A DNA stretch of 63,962 nt, filler included. It is 6 parts of 6 records of this genome, joined end to end, with 100 filler letters (N's around TTAATTAATTAA, not from the genome) between each part and the next. Parts side by side here need not be neighbours in the genome. Positions count along the whole stretch, not along the records: positions 26,633 to 41,961 come from DRR723986_6240; positions 42,062 to 52,671 come from DRR723986_6246; 4 more parts are not named here. One strand, written 5' to 3'. The notes beneath the pieces were generated by a model, which saw nothing but the letters and a program-made list of their open reading frames with translations, searched no databases and was not told the DNA's origin. The stretch's first letter is position 1, and every line of letters begins with the position of its first letter. Position numbers and translations under genes: made by a program. Shown piece by piece: positions 41,570-51,449 of this stretch.

Positions 41570-41959
41570 ATGATGAAAACCACCTTGAAGGCCCTCGCGC
41601 TGTCCGCAGCCATGGTTGTTGGCGCTGCCTCCGCCAGCTTTGCCGAAGAGCGCCCGATTACCGACGCCGTGATCGTCGAATATCTGGAGTTCAACCTGGT
41701 CGAAGGTTCCAACCCCGACGCATTCCTGCGCGAAACCCTGGCTATGGATGACGTGCTGGAAGGCTATGACGGGTTCGTCGCCCGCCACCTGGCGCGCAAC
41801 ACCGATGGCTCCTGGGTCGAGGTCGTCTATTGGACCTCACTGGAAACCGCCGAGGCCGCGCTGCCGCGCTTTGTCGAAGATCCGCGTACCAAAGGCTTCC
41901 TAGCGCTGGTCGATGGGGATTCGCTGTCGGTTAAATATTCCAACGTCTTTGAATTCTGA
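41570..41959 (+). CDS. Small secreted protein, dimeric alpha/beta-barrel (ABM-like) predicted
   Basis: AGGAG RBS; signal peptide ending ASFA; GFVARHL...WVEVVYWTSLETAEAA pattern. Confidence 0.65.
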   Translation: MMKTTLKALALSAAMVVGAASASFAEERPITDAVIVEYLEFNLVEGSNPDAFLRETLAMDDVLEGYDGFVARHLARNTDGSWVEVVYWTSLETAEAALPRFVEDPRTKGFLALVDGDSLSVKYSNVFEF

Positions 41960-41961
41960 TG

Positions 41962-42061
41962 NNNNNNNNNNNNNNNNNNNNNNNNNNNNNNNNNNNNNNN
42001 NNNNNTTAATTAATTAANNNNNNNNNNNNNNNNNNNNNNNNNNNNNNNNNNNNNNNNNNNN
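41962..42061. other. Artificial contig linker
   Basis: N-run + TTAATTAATTAA + N-run. Confidence 0.99.
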
Positions 42062-42964
42062 GCAGACGCAGGTTTGGCCGTTGTTGCGGAACTTGCACAT
42101 GATCGCGCCTTCTACGGCTGCGTCCAGATCGGCATCGTCAAACACGATAAAGGGCGCATTGCCGCCCAGCTCCATGCTGCATTTCATCACCTGATCGGCC
42201 GCCTGGCGCAGCAAGATGCGCCCCACCTCGGTGGATCCGGTAAAGGTCAGCTTGCGCACGGCGGGGTTTTCGCAAAACTCCTTGCCAATCTCGCTGGAAC
42301 GCGACGAGGTGACGATGCTAAACACACCCTTAGGGATGCCCGCGCGTTCGGCCAGAACGCCCATCACCAGCGCCGAAAGCGGCGTTTCGGCGGCGGGGCG
42401 GCCTACGAATGCGCAGCCCGCGGCCAGCGCCGGGCCTGCCTTGCGGGTGATCATGGCGTTGGGAAAGTTCCATGGCGTGATGCTGGCTGCCACGCCGATG
42501 GGCTGTTTGAGCACCATAATACGCTTGTCGCGCTGATGGCCTGGAATGGTTTCGCCATAGATGCGCTTGGCCTCTTCGGCAAAAAATTCGATGAACGAGG
42601 CACCATAGGCAATCTCACCCTTGGCCTCGGCCAGCGGTTTGCCCTGTTCGGCGGTCAAAATCGTGCCCAGATCGTCTTGGTTGGCCATCATCAGGTCAAA
42701 CCAGCGGCGCAGCACGGTGGCGCGCTCTTTGCCGGTCCATTGCGCCCATTCTTTTTGGGCGGCTTCTGCCTTGGCAATGGTATCGGCCACTTGGGCACGG
42801 CTGAGATCGGCGACATTGGCAATCACATCGCCCCGGGCTGGGTTGGTCACGGCAAAGGTGGCCCCACCTTCGCCTTGCACCCATTCGCCGGCGCAATAGG
42901 CCAATTCGGCCAACAGGCTTGGATCTTTCAGTCGCGATTTCAGATCTGTTATTTCGACGCTCAT
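42062..42964 (-). CDS. gabD: NAD(P)-dependent succinate-semialdehyde dehydrogenase (3' end cut)
   Basis: EQGKPLAEA, ITPWNFPNAMITRK, MELGGNAPF and KFRNNGQTCVC. Confidence 0.93.
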
Positions 42965-43074
42965 TGCACCCTCCTCGTGAATTTGGCTCTCGCAAAGGCA
43001 AACCATCCTCGGCTAGGCTTGTCCAGCGGTGCACGCAAAAAAGCCGCGCTCAACACCGAAAATGCAAAGGGGCT

Positions 43075-43872
43075 ATGATGCGTTTGGATGATGCCTATGC
43101 GAATGGGGCCTATATTGCCGGTGCTGACGCCTATCCCCCGCGTTGGGCGGCACAGGCGGCGGCGTTTCGCCAGCAGCGAGGCGCCGAGGGGCGAGCGCAG
43201 CTAGATATCGCCTATGGCCCCAGCGCCAGGCAGGTGTTTGACATGTTTTTGCCCCAGCAAGCCGCGCCGCAGGGGCTGTTTGTGTTTGTGCATGGCGGCT
43301 ATTGGCTGCGCTTTGACAAATCGTTTTGGTCGCATCTGGCCCATGGAATGCTGGCGCGCGGCTGGGCTGTGGCGATGCCGTCGTATGATCTGTGCCCCGA
43401 TGTCAGCATTGCCCAGATCACCCAGCAGATCGCGCGCATGCTGGGGCATGTGGCGGGGCAGGTGGCGGGGCCCATTCGGCTGGCGGGCCATTCTGCCGGC
43501 GGGCATCTGGTGGCACGTATGGCGGTGCCGGGGGTGCTGGCGCCGCAGGTTGCGGGGCGTTTGGCGCATGTGATGCCAATCTCGCCCGTGGCCGATCTGC
43601 GCCCGCTGCTGGAAACCTCGATGAATGCGCAGTTTCGCCTGACGCCCGAAACCGCGGCGGCCGAAAGCCCGGTGTTGATGCACCCTGCAGCGGGGCTGGC
43701 CTGCACCGTTTGGGTTGGTGCAGACGAGCGCCCGGCGTTTTTGGATCAGGCGCGCTGGTTGGCCGATGCCTGGGCCGCGCCCTGCCATGTTGCGCCCGAA
43801 AAGCACCATTTCGATGTGATCGACGCGCTGGCAGATCCCGACAGCGCGCTGATTGCGCAGCTTTTGGCCTAG
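43075..43872 (+). CDS. Alpha/beta hydrolase (kynurenine formamidase/arylformamidase-like)
   Basis: FVHGGYW oxyanion loop, GHSAG nucleophile elbow and HHFDV. Confidence 0.85.
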   Translation: MMRLDDAYANGAYIAGADAYPPRWAAQAAAFRQQRGAEGRAQLDIAYGPSARQVFDMFLPQQAAPQGLFVFVHGGYWLRFDKSFWSHLAHGMLARGWAVAMPSYDLCPDVSIAQITQQIARMLGHVAGQVAGPIRLAGHSAGGHLVARMAVPGVLAPQVAGRLAHVMPISPVADLRPLLETSMNAQFRLTPETAAAESPVLMHPAAGLACTVWVGADERPAFLDQARWLADAWAAPCHVAPEKHHFDVIDALADPDSALIAQLLA

Positions 43873-44876
43873 CCTTCGCGCGTGCCATAGCGCGCGGCCC
43901 AGCAGGGCTGGCTGTCATCCGCCGCGGGGCTGGCGGCATAGATCGCGCGGGCAATGGCGCGGGCCATACAGGTGGCTGCCGCGTGGCCCAGGGTTAAAAC
44001 ATCGGCCAGGCCGTTTTGCAGGGGCTGTGCGGCGGTAGACAGGGCAAAGACCAGATCACCATCCATCGGCGTATGGGCCGGCACCAATGCGCGGGCCAGC
44101 CCATCTTGGGCGGCAGTGGCCAGCCGGGTGCAGCCGGCCTTATCTAGCATGGCATCGGTGGCCACGATGCCGATGGTGGTATTGGCATGCGCGGCCAGTT
44201 TTGTGTGGGGCACATGGGTATTGGGATAGTCTGCCGCCACCCCATGCCCGCCAAATTCGGCCCCCAGTTCAAAGGGTGCCGCCCAAAAATGCGGGCCATC
44301 GCCCACCACGGCCGAACCCAAAGCATTGACAACCACCAAGGCGCCCACCCGGTGCCCCGATGGCAACACCACCGAGGCCGATCCAAGCCCGCCTTTGAAA
44401 TTGGCAGTGGTGGCACCGGTGCCGGCGCCAAAACTGCCGATGTCAAAATGCGCCCCGGCATTTGCCAGCGCTGCCGCCCCCAGCGCGGGGTATGGGTTGT
44501 CGGCCCAGTCTTTGCGCCCGCCGTTGATCAGATCGAAAACAATCGCGGCAGGCACAATTGGCACGCGCTGCGCCCCCACGGCAAAGCCGCGCCCGGCGGC
44601 GCGCAGCGCATTGGCCACGCCCGAGGCTGCATCCAGCCCCAGGGCTGAGCCGCCCGACAGCACCAGCGCATCTACCTCGGCCACGGTTTTATCTGGCGCC
44701 AGCAGCTCGGTTTCGCGGCTGCCCGGTGCGCCGCCCATCACATGCACCCCCGCCACAAAGGGGCGATCGGCGGTTAAAACCGTGACACCGGTCTTGATGG
44801 CGGCATCTTGGGCGTTGCCCACCTTTAGGCCGGCGATATCGGTGATCAGGTTCAATGGGCCGGGGGTGGCTGTCAT
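43869..44876 (-). CDS. P1 family peptidase (DmpA-like Ntn hydrolase)
   Basis: GGAPGSRE, SGGSALGL, GAGTGA, NTTIG autocleavage site and HTPMDGD. Confidence 0.88.
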   Translation of the reverse strand: MTATPGPLNLITDIAGLKVGNAQDAAIKTGVTVLTADRPFVAGVHVMGGAPGSRETELLAPDKTVAEVDALVLSGGSALGLDAASGVANALRAAGRGFAVGAQRVPIVPAAIVFDLINGGRKDWADNPYPALGAAALANAGAHFDIGSFGAGTGATTANFKGGLGSASVVLPSGHRVGALVVVNALGSAVVGDGPHFWAAPFELGAEFGGHGVAADYPNTHVPHTKLAAHANTTIGIVATDAMLDKAGCTRLATAAQDGLARALVPAHTPMDGDLVFALSTAAQPLQNGLADVLTLGHAAATCMARAIARAIYAASPAADDSQPCWAARYGTREG

Positions 44877-45030
44877 GGGGCGCTCCTTTTTGGGCTATGA
44901 TGGCACAAGTGCCGCGCAGGGCAAGCCGCGTTGATTTGCCGCCAAAGCATTGTGGTCAATCCTGCGATGATTATCTAGAACAGCAGGGCCGGCCTGCCTG
45001 AGGCCTGGCCGATAGCGAAGGAGCCATGTG

Positions 45031-45675
45031 ATGGGTTGGGTTAAATGGGGGCTGCGGGCGTTTTTGCTGCTGCTGGTTGCAGGGTTTTTGCACTACACCT
45101 TGCCGCAGCACGACATTGTGCGCATCGTCAACACCTATGAAGAGCGTCAAGAGCTGGGCGATTGGACGCGGATTTTCTGGACAACCCCAGATAGCCAGCC
45201 CGCCACCCAAACCAGCCGCGATGTGCAGTTCATTCAGGCGATCACCCCAGACGGGAACGCCATGGTTTATCGCAACGAAGACACGGGCTGGCACTGGCCC
45301 CCGTATTTCAAATTCGACACAGCCACGCTTTATACCGAGGCAAACGATGCCATCTCGACCAAGGCCGCGCCCGAATGGGTGGCGGTTACGCATTATGGGT
45401 GGCGCAATGAATACCTGTCGATTTTCCCAAATGCCGTGGCCATCCGGCCTGTGGCCGGGCCAGATGTGCGCATTATCCCTTGGGTCAGCGGGCTGATCTT
45501 ATTGGTGCTTTTTGCGGTATTCTGGGCCATTCGGGTGCGCTGGCTGCGCTTTCGTGCGGCGCGGATCGACCCGGTGTTGGACGATATCGAAGAAGGCTTC
45601 GATGCGGCGGCCGATAGCCTGGCCGAGGGGCGCGGGCGGCTGCGCCGTTGGTGGGGGCGCAACCGCGGGAAATAG
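45031..45675 (+). CDS. DUF1523-like membrane protein
   Basis: HYTLP, VYRNEDTGW.WPPYFKF and HYGWR...SIFPNA; N- and C-terminal TM helices. Confidence 0.78.
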   Translation: MGWVKWGLRAFLLLLVAGFLHYTLPQHDIVRIVNTYEERQELGDWTRIFWTTPDSQPATQTSRDVQFIQAITPDGNAMVYRNEDTGWHWPPYFKFDTATLYTEANDAISTKAAPEWVAVTHYGWRNEYLSIFPNAVAIRPVAGPDVRIIPWVSGLILLVLFAVFWAIRVRWLRFRAARIDPVLDDIEEGFDAAADSLAEGRGRLRRWWGRNRGK

Positions 45676-45706
45676 GCGCGGGAAATAGGCGCGGGAAATA
45701 GGCGCG
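45664..45706 (+). repeat. 13-bp tandem repeat (CGCGGGAAATAGG x3.3)
   Basis: Perfect copies at 45664, 45677 and 45690, spanning the DUF1523 stop codon. Confidence 0.92.
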
Positions 45707-45709
45707 CGC

Positions 45710-46579
45710 CTACCGCTTGCCGTAATACAGGCCCACAACATGCTCGGCTTGGGCAAAAAACAACCAGCGCGAGGCGAAAATGCCCAGCACATGGGTCAGC
45801 ACTGCCAGCAGCCCCAACCAATGGTTAAAGGGCAGCACCAGCAGCACCATGGGCAGGCCAAAGCCCAAAATCAGCGCCAAAACCCGCAGCCGGGCTGCGT
45901 GTTTGCGCCCGACGATATGCACCATTTCGCGCAGCAGGTAGTTTGTGCCGGTATGGGGCGGCTCAAAGGCGCGCACGGCCCCGCCCCGCAGCCCCGTGGC
46001 GCTGGCCATGGTTGTGCCTGACCGCGCCAAGGCGCCATCGCCCTGCATCCACACCACCAATTGCACCCCCGCAGCCAGCGCCAAGAGCGGCAGCGCCAGG
46101 CCCACCTGGCCCGCCAGCAGCGCGCCGCCTGCCAAGGACAGGCTTAGAAAATGCAGCGGGGTCAGGGGGCCATGCCAGCGCGGAATGGCGGCCAAACTGG
46201 CATAGATCATCGAGGTGCTATACACAGTGCCCAATGCCAGGGCCGCCCCCAGCCAGCCCAAGGGCTGCCAGAGCTGGCCCCAAAACACCCGGCCTGCAGC
46301 AAAAATGCCCACCACCAGCAGCGTCAGCACAGCCAGCCATGCCTCGCGGCTCAGCCAGCTGCTGCGCCATTGGCTAAAGGCCCGCAAGGCCCGTTCGGGG
46401 TGGCCCAGATGAAAGGCCGAAGCCATCAGCCCGCCGCAGGCCAGCGCATAGGCAATCACATAAAACACCAGCGCCACCCAGCCGGTCGAGCCGGGCAGGC
46501 CCAGCCCCAAAAATGCCATCAAGCCAAAGCCCAGGCCCGAAAGCGTGGTGAAAACGATAATCGAGGGTGCGGGATGCAT
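45710..46579 (-). CDS. soeC: Sulfite dehydrogenase membrane anchor (DmsC/NrfD-like)
   Basis: MHPAPSIIVFTT, HLGHPERA.RAFSQWRSSWLSRE and RWLFFAQAEHVVGLYYG. Confidence 0.88.
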   Translation of the reverse strand: MHPAPSIIVFTTLSGLGFGLMAFLGLGLPGSTGWVALVFYVIAYALACGGLMASAFHLGHPERALRAFSQWRSSWLSREAWLAVLTLLVVGIFAAGRVFWGQLWQPLGWLGAALALGTVYSTSMIYASLAAIPRWHGPLTPLHFLSLSLAGGALLAGQVGLALPLLALAAGVQLVVWMQGDGALARSGTTMASATGLRGGAVRAFEPPHTGTNYLLREMVHIVGRKHAARLRVLALILGFGLPMVLLVLPFNHWLGLLAVLTHVLGIFASRWLFFAQAEHVVGLYYGKR

Positions 46580-46582
46580 GGC

Positions 46583-47347
46583 TTACTCCTTGGCGCCGGG
46601 CAGGGCGGATAGCGCGCGATCAAGCCAGCCCAAAAAGCCCTGGCTGGTGTCGGTGACAGGCGCCAGGAACGGGGCCAGAATATCGGTTTCTTGCAATTGG
46701 TCTTTGGGGCGCGGCGGCAGATATTTGTTCACCGGCTGCGTGCCCATCTCGGGCATCAGATCAAAGCCGCCGCGCTGGGCCACCAGCTGGCTGACGGCGC
46801 TTTCACTGTCGCCCAGATCGCCAAAATGGCGCGCACCCGCCGGGCAGGTGCGCACGCAAGCGGGCACCCTGTCTTCCTCGGGCAGGTTTTCGTTGTAAAT
46901 GCGGTCTACGCACAGGGTGCATTTTTTCATCACCTTTTCGCGCGGGTCTAATTCGCGCGCGCCATAGGGGCAGGCCCAAGCGCATAGCCCGCAGCCGATA
47001 CAGGCGCTTTCATTCACCAGCACAATGCCGTCTTCCACCCGCTTGTAGCTGGCGCCAGTGGGGCAGACGGTGACACAAGGGGCATTGTCGCAATGCAGGC
47101 AGGATTTTGGAAAATGCACCAAGCTGGGCGGGGCATCATCTGCGGGTGTCACCTCGAAGCTGTGCACCCGGTTCAAGAAACTGCCCACCGGGTTGGCGCC
47201 ATAGGCATCTTCATCGGCCAAGGGCGCGCCATAGTTTTCGGTGTTCCAGCCTTTGCAGGAAATCACGCAGGCATGGCAGCCCACGCAAGTATCCAGATCG
47301 ATGACAAGGCCCAATTTGCGGGTTGTGGTGGTGGGCAGCTGGGTCAT
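46583..47347 (-). CDS. soeB: Sulfite dehydrogenase 4Fe-4S subunit
   Basis: LVIDLDTCVGCHAC, CLHC...CP, CIGCGLC...CPY and KCTLC...CP. Confidence 0.9.
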   Translation of the reverse strand: MTQLPTTTTRKLGLVIDLDTCVGCHACVISCKGWNTENYGAPLADEDAYGANPVGSFLNRVHSFEVTPADDAPPSLVHFPKSCLHCDNAPCVTVCPTGASYKRVEDGIVLVNESACIGCGLCAWACPYGARELDPREKVMKKCTLCVDRIYNENLPEEDRVPACVRTCPAGARHFGDLGDSESAVSQLVAQRGGFDLMPEMGTQPVNKYLPPRPKDQLQETDILAPFLAPVTDTSQGFLGWLDRALSALPGAKE

Positions 47348-47408
47348 GTGCGGCACCTTTGCGAAGCGGCTTTTTTCGGGGGGAAAGGGCGGCGGCTTGG
47401 GGGGTGGG

Positions 47409-50219
47409 TCATTGGCCCACCTTCCATGCCAAATCACGCGGGCCCTGCGGCACCGGCGCCCCTTGGGTGGGGTGCGCGGGCAGGCTGTGGGCGGGCGGCG
47501 TGGTTTTTTCGATCTGCACGCGCAAATCAAACCAGGCGGCCTGGCCTGTGACCGGGTCGGAATTGGCCCAGCGCAGGCCATCGCCTTTGGGGGGCAACAA
47601 TTCGTGGATCAGGTGGTTTAGCAAAAAGCCCTGCGTGGCTTCGGGGGCTTTTTCATCCAATGCCCATGCGCCCCGGCGTTTGCCAATGGCGTTCCATGTC
47701 CAGATCGTATTGGGGTTCAGCGCGCCCATATGGGCCACGGGCACGGTAATTTCGCCATGGGGCGAGGTGACACGCGCCCAATCGCCCGCGCCAAAGCCGT
47801 GGCTTTGCCACAGGTTGGTGGGCAGATAGAGCGGGTTCATCCCGTGGATCTGGCGCAGCCAGGCATTTTGGCTGCCCCAGCTGTGATACATCGCCATCGG
47901 GCGCTGGGTGAGCGCGTGGATGGGGAAGGCATCGGTATCGACCTGCGCATCGGTAAAGGGGGGATACCAGATGGGCAGCGGATCCAGCGTTTCGCCGATG
48001 CGCTGGCGCAGGTGATCGGGCGGTTGATGCGGCCCGTGCCCTTCGGCTGCGCGTTGGAATTTGCGCAGCGGCTCGACATAAAGCTGAAACAGATAGGGCT
48101 GGGGGCTGTCGTAAAAGCCCATGCCCACGGCCCAGTTTTGGTAATCGGCATTCCAGGGTTTGAAATAGCTGGCCTCGGCTGGCACATGGGCCAGCCAAAA
48201 GCCGCCATTGTCGATGTAGTTTTGCAGCTGATCCGGGTTTGGCGCGCCGCGCCCATCGCCGCCTGCGCGCCAGCCGGCCAAGGGGCCGATGCCGGGCTTG
48301 CGCTGGTGATTGACGATGTAATCGGCGTAATCGCGATAGGCGGGGCTGCCATCGGGGGCCACCATGCCCGGCAGGCCCAGGCGGTGCCCCAGATCCAGCA
48401 ACACCGATTGAAAGCCGCGCACATCGCGATCGGGCGCGACCACGGGCCAGCGAATGGCATCGGCGGCGGCGTCTGCCTCGCAAATCGGGCGGTCGAGCAG
48501 GCTGATGCAATCGTGGCGTTCCAGATAGGTGGTATCGGGCAAAATCAGGTCTGCATAGGCCACCATTTCCGATGAATAGGCATCGGAATAGATGATGCGC
48601 GGGATCACATAATCGCCGTTTTCGTCGGTGTCGGTCAGCATGTGCATCACGCCACCGCTGTTCATCGACGAGTTCCACGACATATTGGCCATATACATAA
48701 ACAGCGTGTCGATTTTATAAGGATCGCCCGCGTGCGCGTTGGAAATGACCATATGCATCAGCCCATGGGCCGACATTGGGTTTTCCCAGGTATAGGCTTT
48801 GTCGATCCGTGCGGGGCTGCCATCGGGGCGCAGGCACAGGTCTTCGGGGCCTTGCACATAGCCCAGATGCGGGCCATCCAGCGGCGCCCCGGGGGTAACG
48901 CCGCAATGCGGTTTTGGGTGGGCTGTGGCGGGCTTTGGATAGGGCGGTTTAAAGCGGAACCCGCCCGGCGTTTCCACCGTGCCCAGCAAGATTTGCAGCA
49001 TATGCAGCGCGCGTGCGGTCTGAAACCCGTTGGAATGGGCCGAGATACCGCGCATGGCGTGAAAACTGACGGGGCGCCCCACCATTTTGGCATGGGTTTC
49101 CCCGCGGAAATCGGTCCATTGCTGATCCAGGGTGATCGCCTCGTCAAAGGCCACGCGGGCGATTTCGGCGGCCAATGCGCGGATGCGGCTGGCAGAGATG
49201 CCGGTTTTCTCGGCCACGGCCTCGGGGGCGTAGCTGTCATCGAGATAGCGCTCGGCCATCAGGTGGAACACGGGCCGATAGGTGATGCCATCTTGCTGGT
49301 GGCTTGCAGCCAGATCGGGGCGCAGGCCCTTTTGGGTAAAGGGGGCAGGCTGGCCGGTGGTGCGATCGATCACCATTTCGCGGCCCTCGCCATCGCGCAG
49401 CAGCATGCCATAATCGGCGTGTCCAGCGGTGCAATTCACCAGCACCGGCGCGTTGGTCCAGCGGGCTAAATAATCTAGATCCACACGGCCTGCTTTCAGC
49501 AGCAGATGCACCAGCGACAAAATCAACAGCCCATCGGTGCCCGGCGTGATACCATACCAATCATCGGCCACCGCGTTATAGCCGGTGCGAATGGGGTTCA
49601 CCCCCACCACCCGCGCACCGCGCGCCTTTAGCTTGCCAATGCCCATTTTGATGGGGTTGCTGTCGTGGTCTTCGGCCACGCCGAAAATCACGAACAATTT
49701 GCTGTGGTCCCAATCGGGCTGGCCAAATTCCCAAAAGGCACCGCCCATGGTGTAAATGCCCGCAGCCGCCATATTGACCGAACAAAACCCGCCATGTGCG
49801 GCAAAATTCGGGGTGCCAAACTGCTGCGCCCACCAGCCGGTGAACGATTGCGACTGGTCACGCCCGGTGAAAAACGCCAGCTTTTCCGGGGCGGTTTCGC
49901 GCAGCGGCGCCAGCCAAGATGTGGCGATCTGCAGCGCCTCGTCCCAGCTGATTTCTTCGAATTGGCCCGCGCCCCTTGGGCCCACCCGCTTTAGCGGTGC
50001 GCGTAGCCGCGAGGGGGCATTGACCTGCATAATACCGGCCGAGCCCTTGGCGCATAAAACACCCTTGTTCACGGGGTGGTCGCGGTTGCCCTCGATATAG
50101 GCAATTTTGCCCGCTTTCATATGCACGTTAATTCCACAGCGGCAGGCACACATATAGCAGGTGGTTTTGCGCACCTCGTCGGAAACCTTGGGCGAGGTAT
50201 CTATCTTTGGCTGGTTCAT
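47409..50219 (-). CDS. soeA: Cytoplasmic molybdopterin sulfite dehydrogenase catalytic subunit
   Basis: TTCYMCACRCG, AHGGFCSVNM and MRGISAHSNGF; no Tat signal; clustered with xsc/pta. Confidence 0.9.
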   Translation of the reverse strand: MNQPKIDTSPKVSDEVRKTTCYMCACRCGINVHMKAGKIAYIEGNRDHPVNKGVLCAKGSAGIMQVNAPSRLRAPLKRVGPRGAGQFEEISWDEALQIATSWLAPLRETAPEKLAFFTGRDQSQSFTGWWAQQFGTPNFAAHGGFCSVNMAAAGIYTMGGAFWEFGQPDWDHSKLFVIFGVAEDHDSNPIKMGIGKLKARGARVVGVNPIRTGYNAVADDWYGITPGTDGLLILSLVHLLLKAGRVDLDYLARWTNAPVLVNCTAGHADYGMLLRDGEGREMVIDRTTGQPAPFTQKGLRPDLAASHQQDGITYRPVFHLMAERYLDDSYAPEAVAEKTGISASRIRALAAEIARVAFDEAITLDQQWTDFRGETHAKMVGRPVSFHAMRGISAHSNGFQTARALHMLQILLGTVETPGGFRFKPPYPKPATAHPKPHCGVTPGAPLDGPHLGYVQGPEDLCLRPDGSPARIDKAYTWENPMSAHGLMHMVISNAHAGDPYKIDTLFMYMANMSWNSSMNSGGVMHMLTDTDENGDYVIPRIIYSDAYSSEMVAYADLILPDTTYLERHDCISLLDRPICEADAAADAIRWPVVAPDRDVRGFQSVLLDLGHRLGLPGMVAPDGSPAYRDYADYIVNHQRKPGIGPLAGWRAGGDGRGAPNPDQLQNYIDNGGFWLAHVPAEASYFKPWNADYQNWAVGMGFYDSPQPYLFQLYVEPLRKFQRAAEGHGPHQPPDHLRQRIGETLDPLPIWYPPFTDAQVDTDAFPIHALTQRPMAMYHSWGSQNAWLRQIHGMNPLYLPTNLWQSHGFGAGDWARVTSPHGEITVPVAHMGALNPNTIWTWNAIGKRRGAWALDEKAPEATQGFLLNHLIHELLPPKGDGLRWANSDPVTGQAAWFDLRVQIEKTTPPAHSLPAHPTQGAPVPQGPRDLAWKVGQ

Positions 50220-50282
50220 CCTGTCTCTCCCTGGCGGCATGGTGGCCGCTCTTGTGCTGTGGGGCAAGCGGTGGTGGGTAAA

Positions 50283-51416
50283 TTAGCGCGCCTGCAGCGG
50301 AACCCAAGGGCGCGCATCGGGGCCGTTGTAGGCGGTCAGCGGGCGCAGCAAGATATTTGACTGCTGCTGTTCCATGCATTGCACCACCCAGCCTGGCATG
50401 CGCCCGATGGCAAAGATGGGCACGTAAAGATCCATGGGAATGCCATGCAGCTGGTAGATCACGCCGGAATAGAAATCGACATTCACGTTCAGCCCATGGC
50501 GGGCATAGGGCTGCATGGCCTCGACCACGGCTTGCAGAATTTCATACCATTCCGGCGCGCCCATTTCCTGGCCCAAGCGGCGCACACCTTCGCGCATGTG
50601 GCGCGCGCGCGGGTCTTCGGCGCGATACACCCGGTGGCCAAACCCTGTGACAGGTTCGCGCGCGGCGCGCTTGGCCTTGACATAGGCGGCGGCATTGCCC
50701 GGCGTGCCGATTTCATGCACCATTTTCATCACATCTTCGGCCGCGCCGCCATGGGCGGGGCCGGCCAGCGTAGACAGGGCTGTAACGATGGCGCCATGCA
50801 GGTTGGTTTGCGTGCCAACCGTAACCCGCGCGGCAAAGCTAGAGGCGTTTGATCCATGTTCGGCATGCAAAATGAAATCAACATCAGCCAGCCGCGCCGC
50901 ATCTTCGCTGGGCTTTTCGCCTTTCAGCATCCACAGCCAATTGGCGGCATGGCTTAACGCGGGGTCTGCGGCCACGGGCGTGCGGTTGTTGCGCATGGCC
51001 TCGTGGGCGGCAATGATCATCGGCACCTGGCTGGTCAGGCGGATGCCGTTGCGCACAAACCCCTCGGCGGTGGCGGTTTGGCTGTCGGGTTCCAGCGCTG
51101 CCAGCGCAGACACGGCGGTGCGTAGCACATCCATCGGGTGGCCCGCTTGGCAGGCGCGAATGATATCGTAGATCTGATCTGGCAGCTGACGGGCCGCTTT
51201 CAGGGCTGCGTCAAATTCCTGCAGCTGGGCAGGGGTGGGCAATTCGCCATGGATCAGCAGGTAAGACACCTCTTCAAAGCTGGCATGGGCGGCCAGATCG
51301 TGGATGGAATAGCCCCGGTAGCTAAGCTCGCCTTTCGCGCCATCAATCAGGCTTACGCTGGATCGGTCGAAATACACGCCTATCAGGCCACGGTTGATCT
51401 TGACGTCGTCGGTCAT
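50283..51416 (-). CDS. Citrate synthase/2-methylcitrate synthase (short type)
   Basis: LSYRGY, HPMD, HAEHGSNASSF, GPAHGGA, GFGHRVY and NVDFYSG. Confidence 0.92.
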   Translation of the reverse strand: MTDDVKINRGLIGVYFDRSSVSLIDGAKGELSYRGYSIHDLAAHASFEEVSYLLIHGELPTPAQLQEFDAALKAARQLPDQIYDIIRACQAGHPMDVLRTAVSALAALEPDSQTATAEGFVRNGIRLTSQVPMIIAAHEAMRNNRTPVAADPALSHAANWLWMLKGEKPSEDAARLADVDFILHAEHGSNASSFAARVTVGTQTNLHGAIVTALSTLAGPAHGGAAEDVMKMVHEIGTPGNAAAYVKAKRAAREPVTGFGHRVYRAEDPRARHMREGVRRLGQEMGAPEWYEILQAVVEAMQPYARHGLNVNVDFYSGVIYQLHGIPMDLYVPIFAIGRMPGWVVQCMEQQQSNILLRPLTAYNGPDARPWVPLQAR

Positions 51417-51449
51417 AGCTGGCTCCTTTCACTGCATACGGAGGCATAC

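Noticed and set aside
45710-50219. DMSO reductase DmsABC
   Set aside because: The catalytic subunit lacks a twin-arginine signal, and the xsc/pta context indicates SoeABC.
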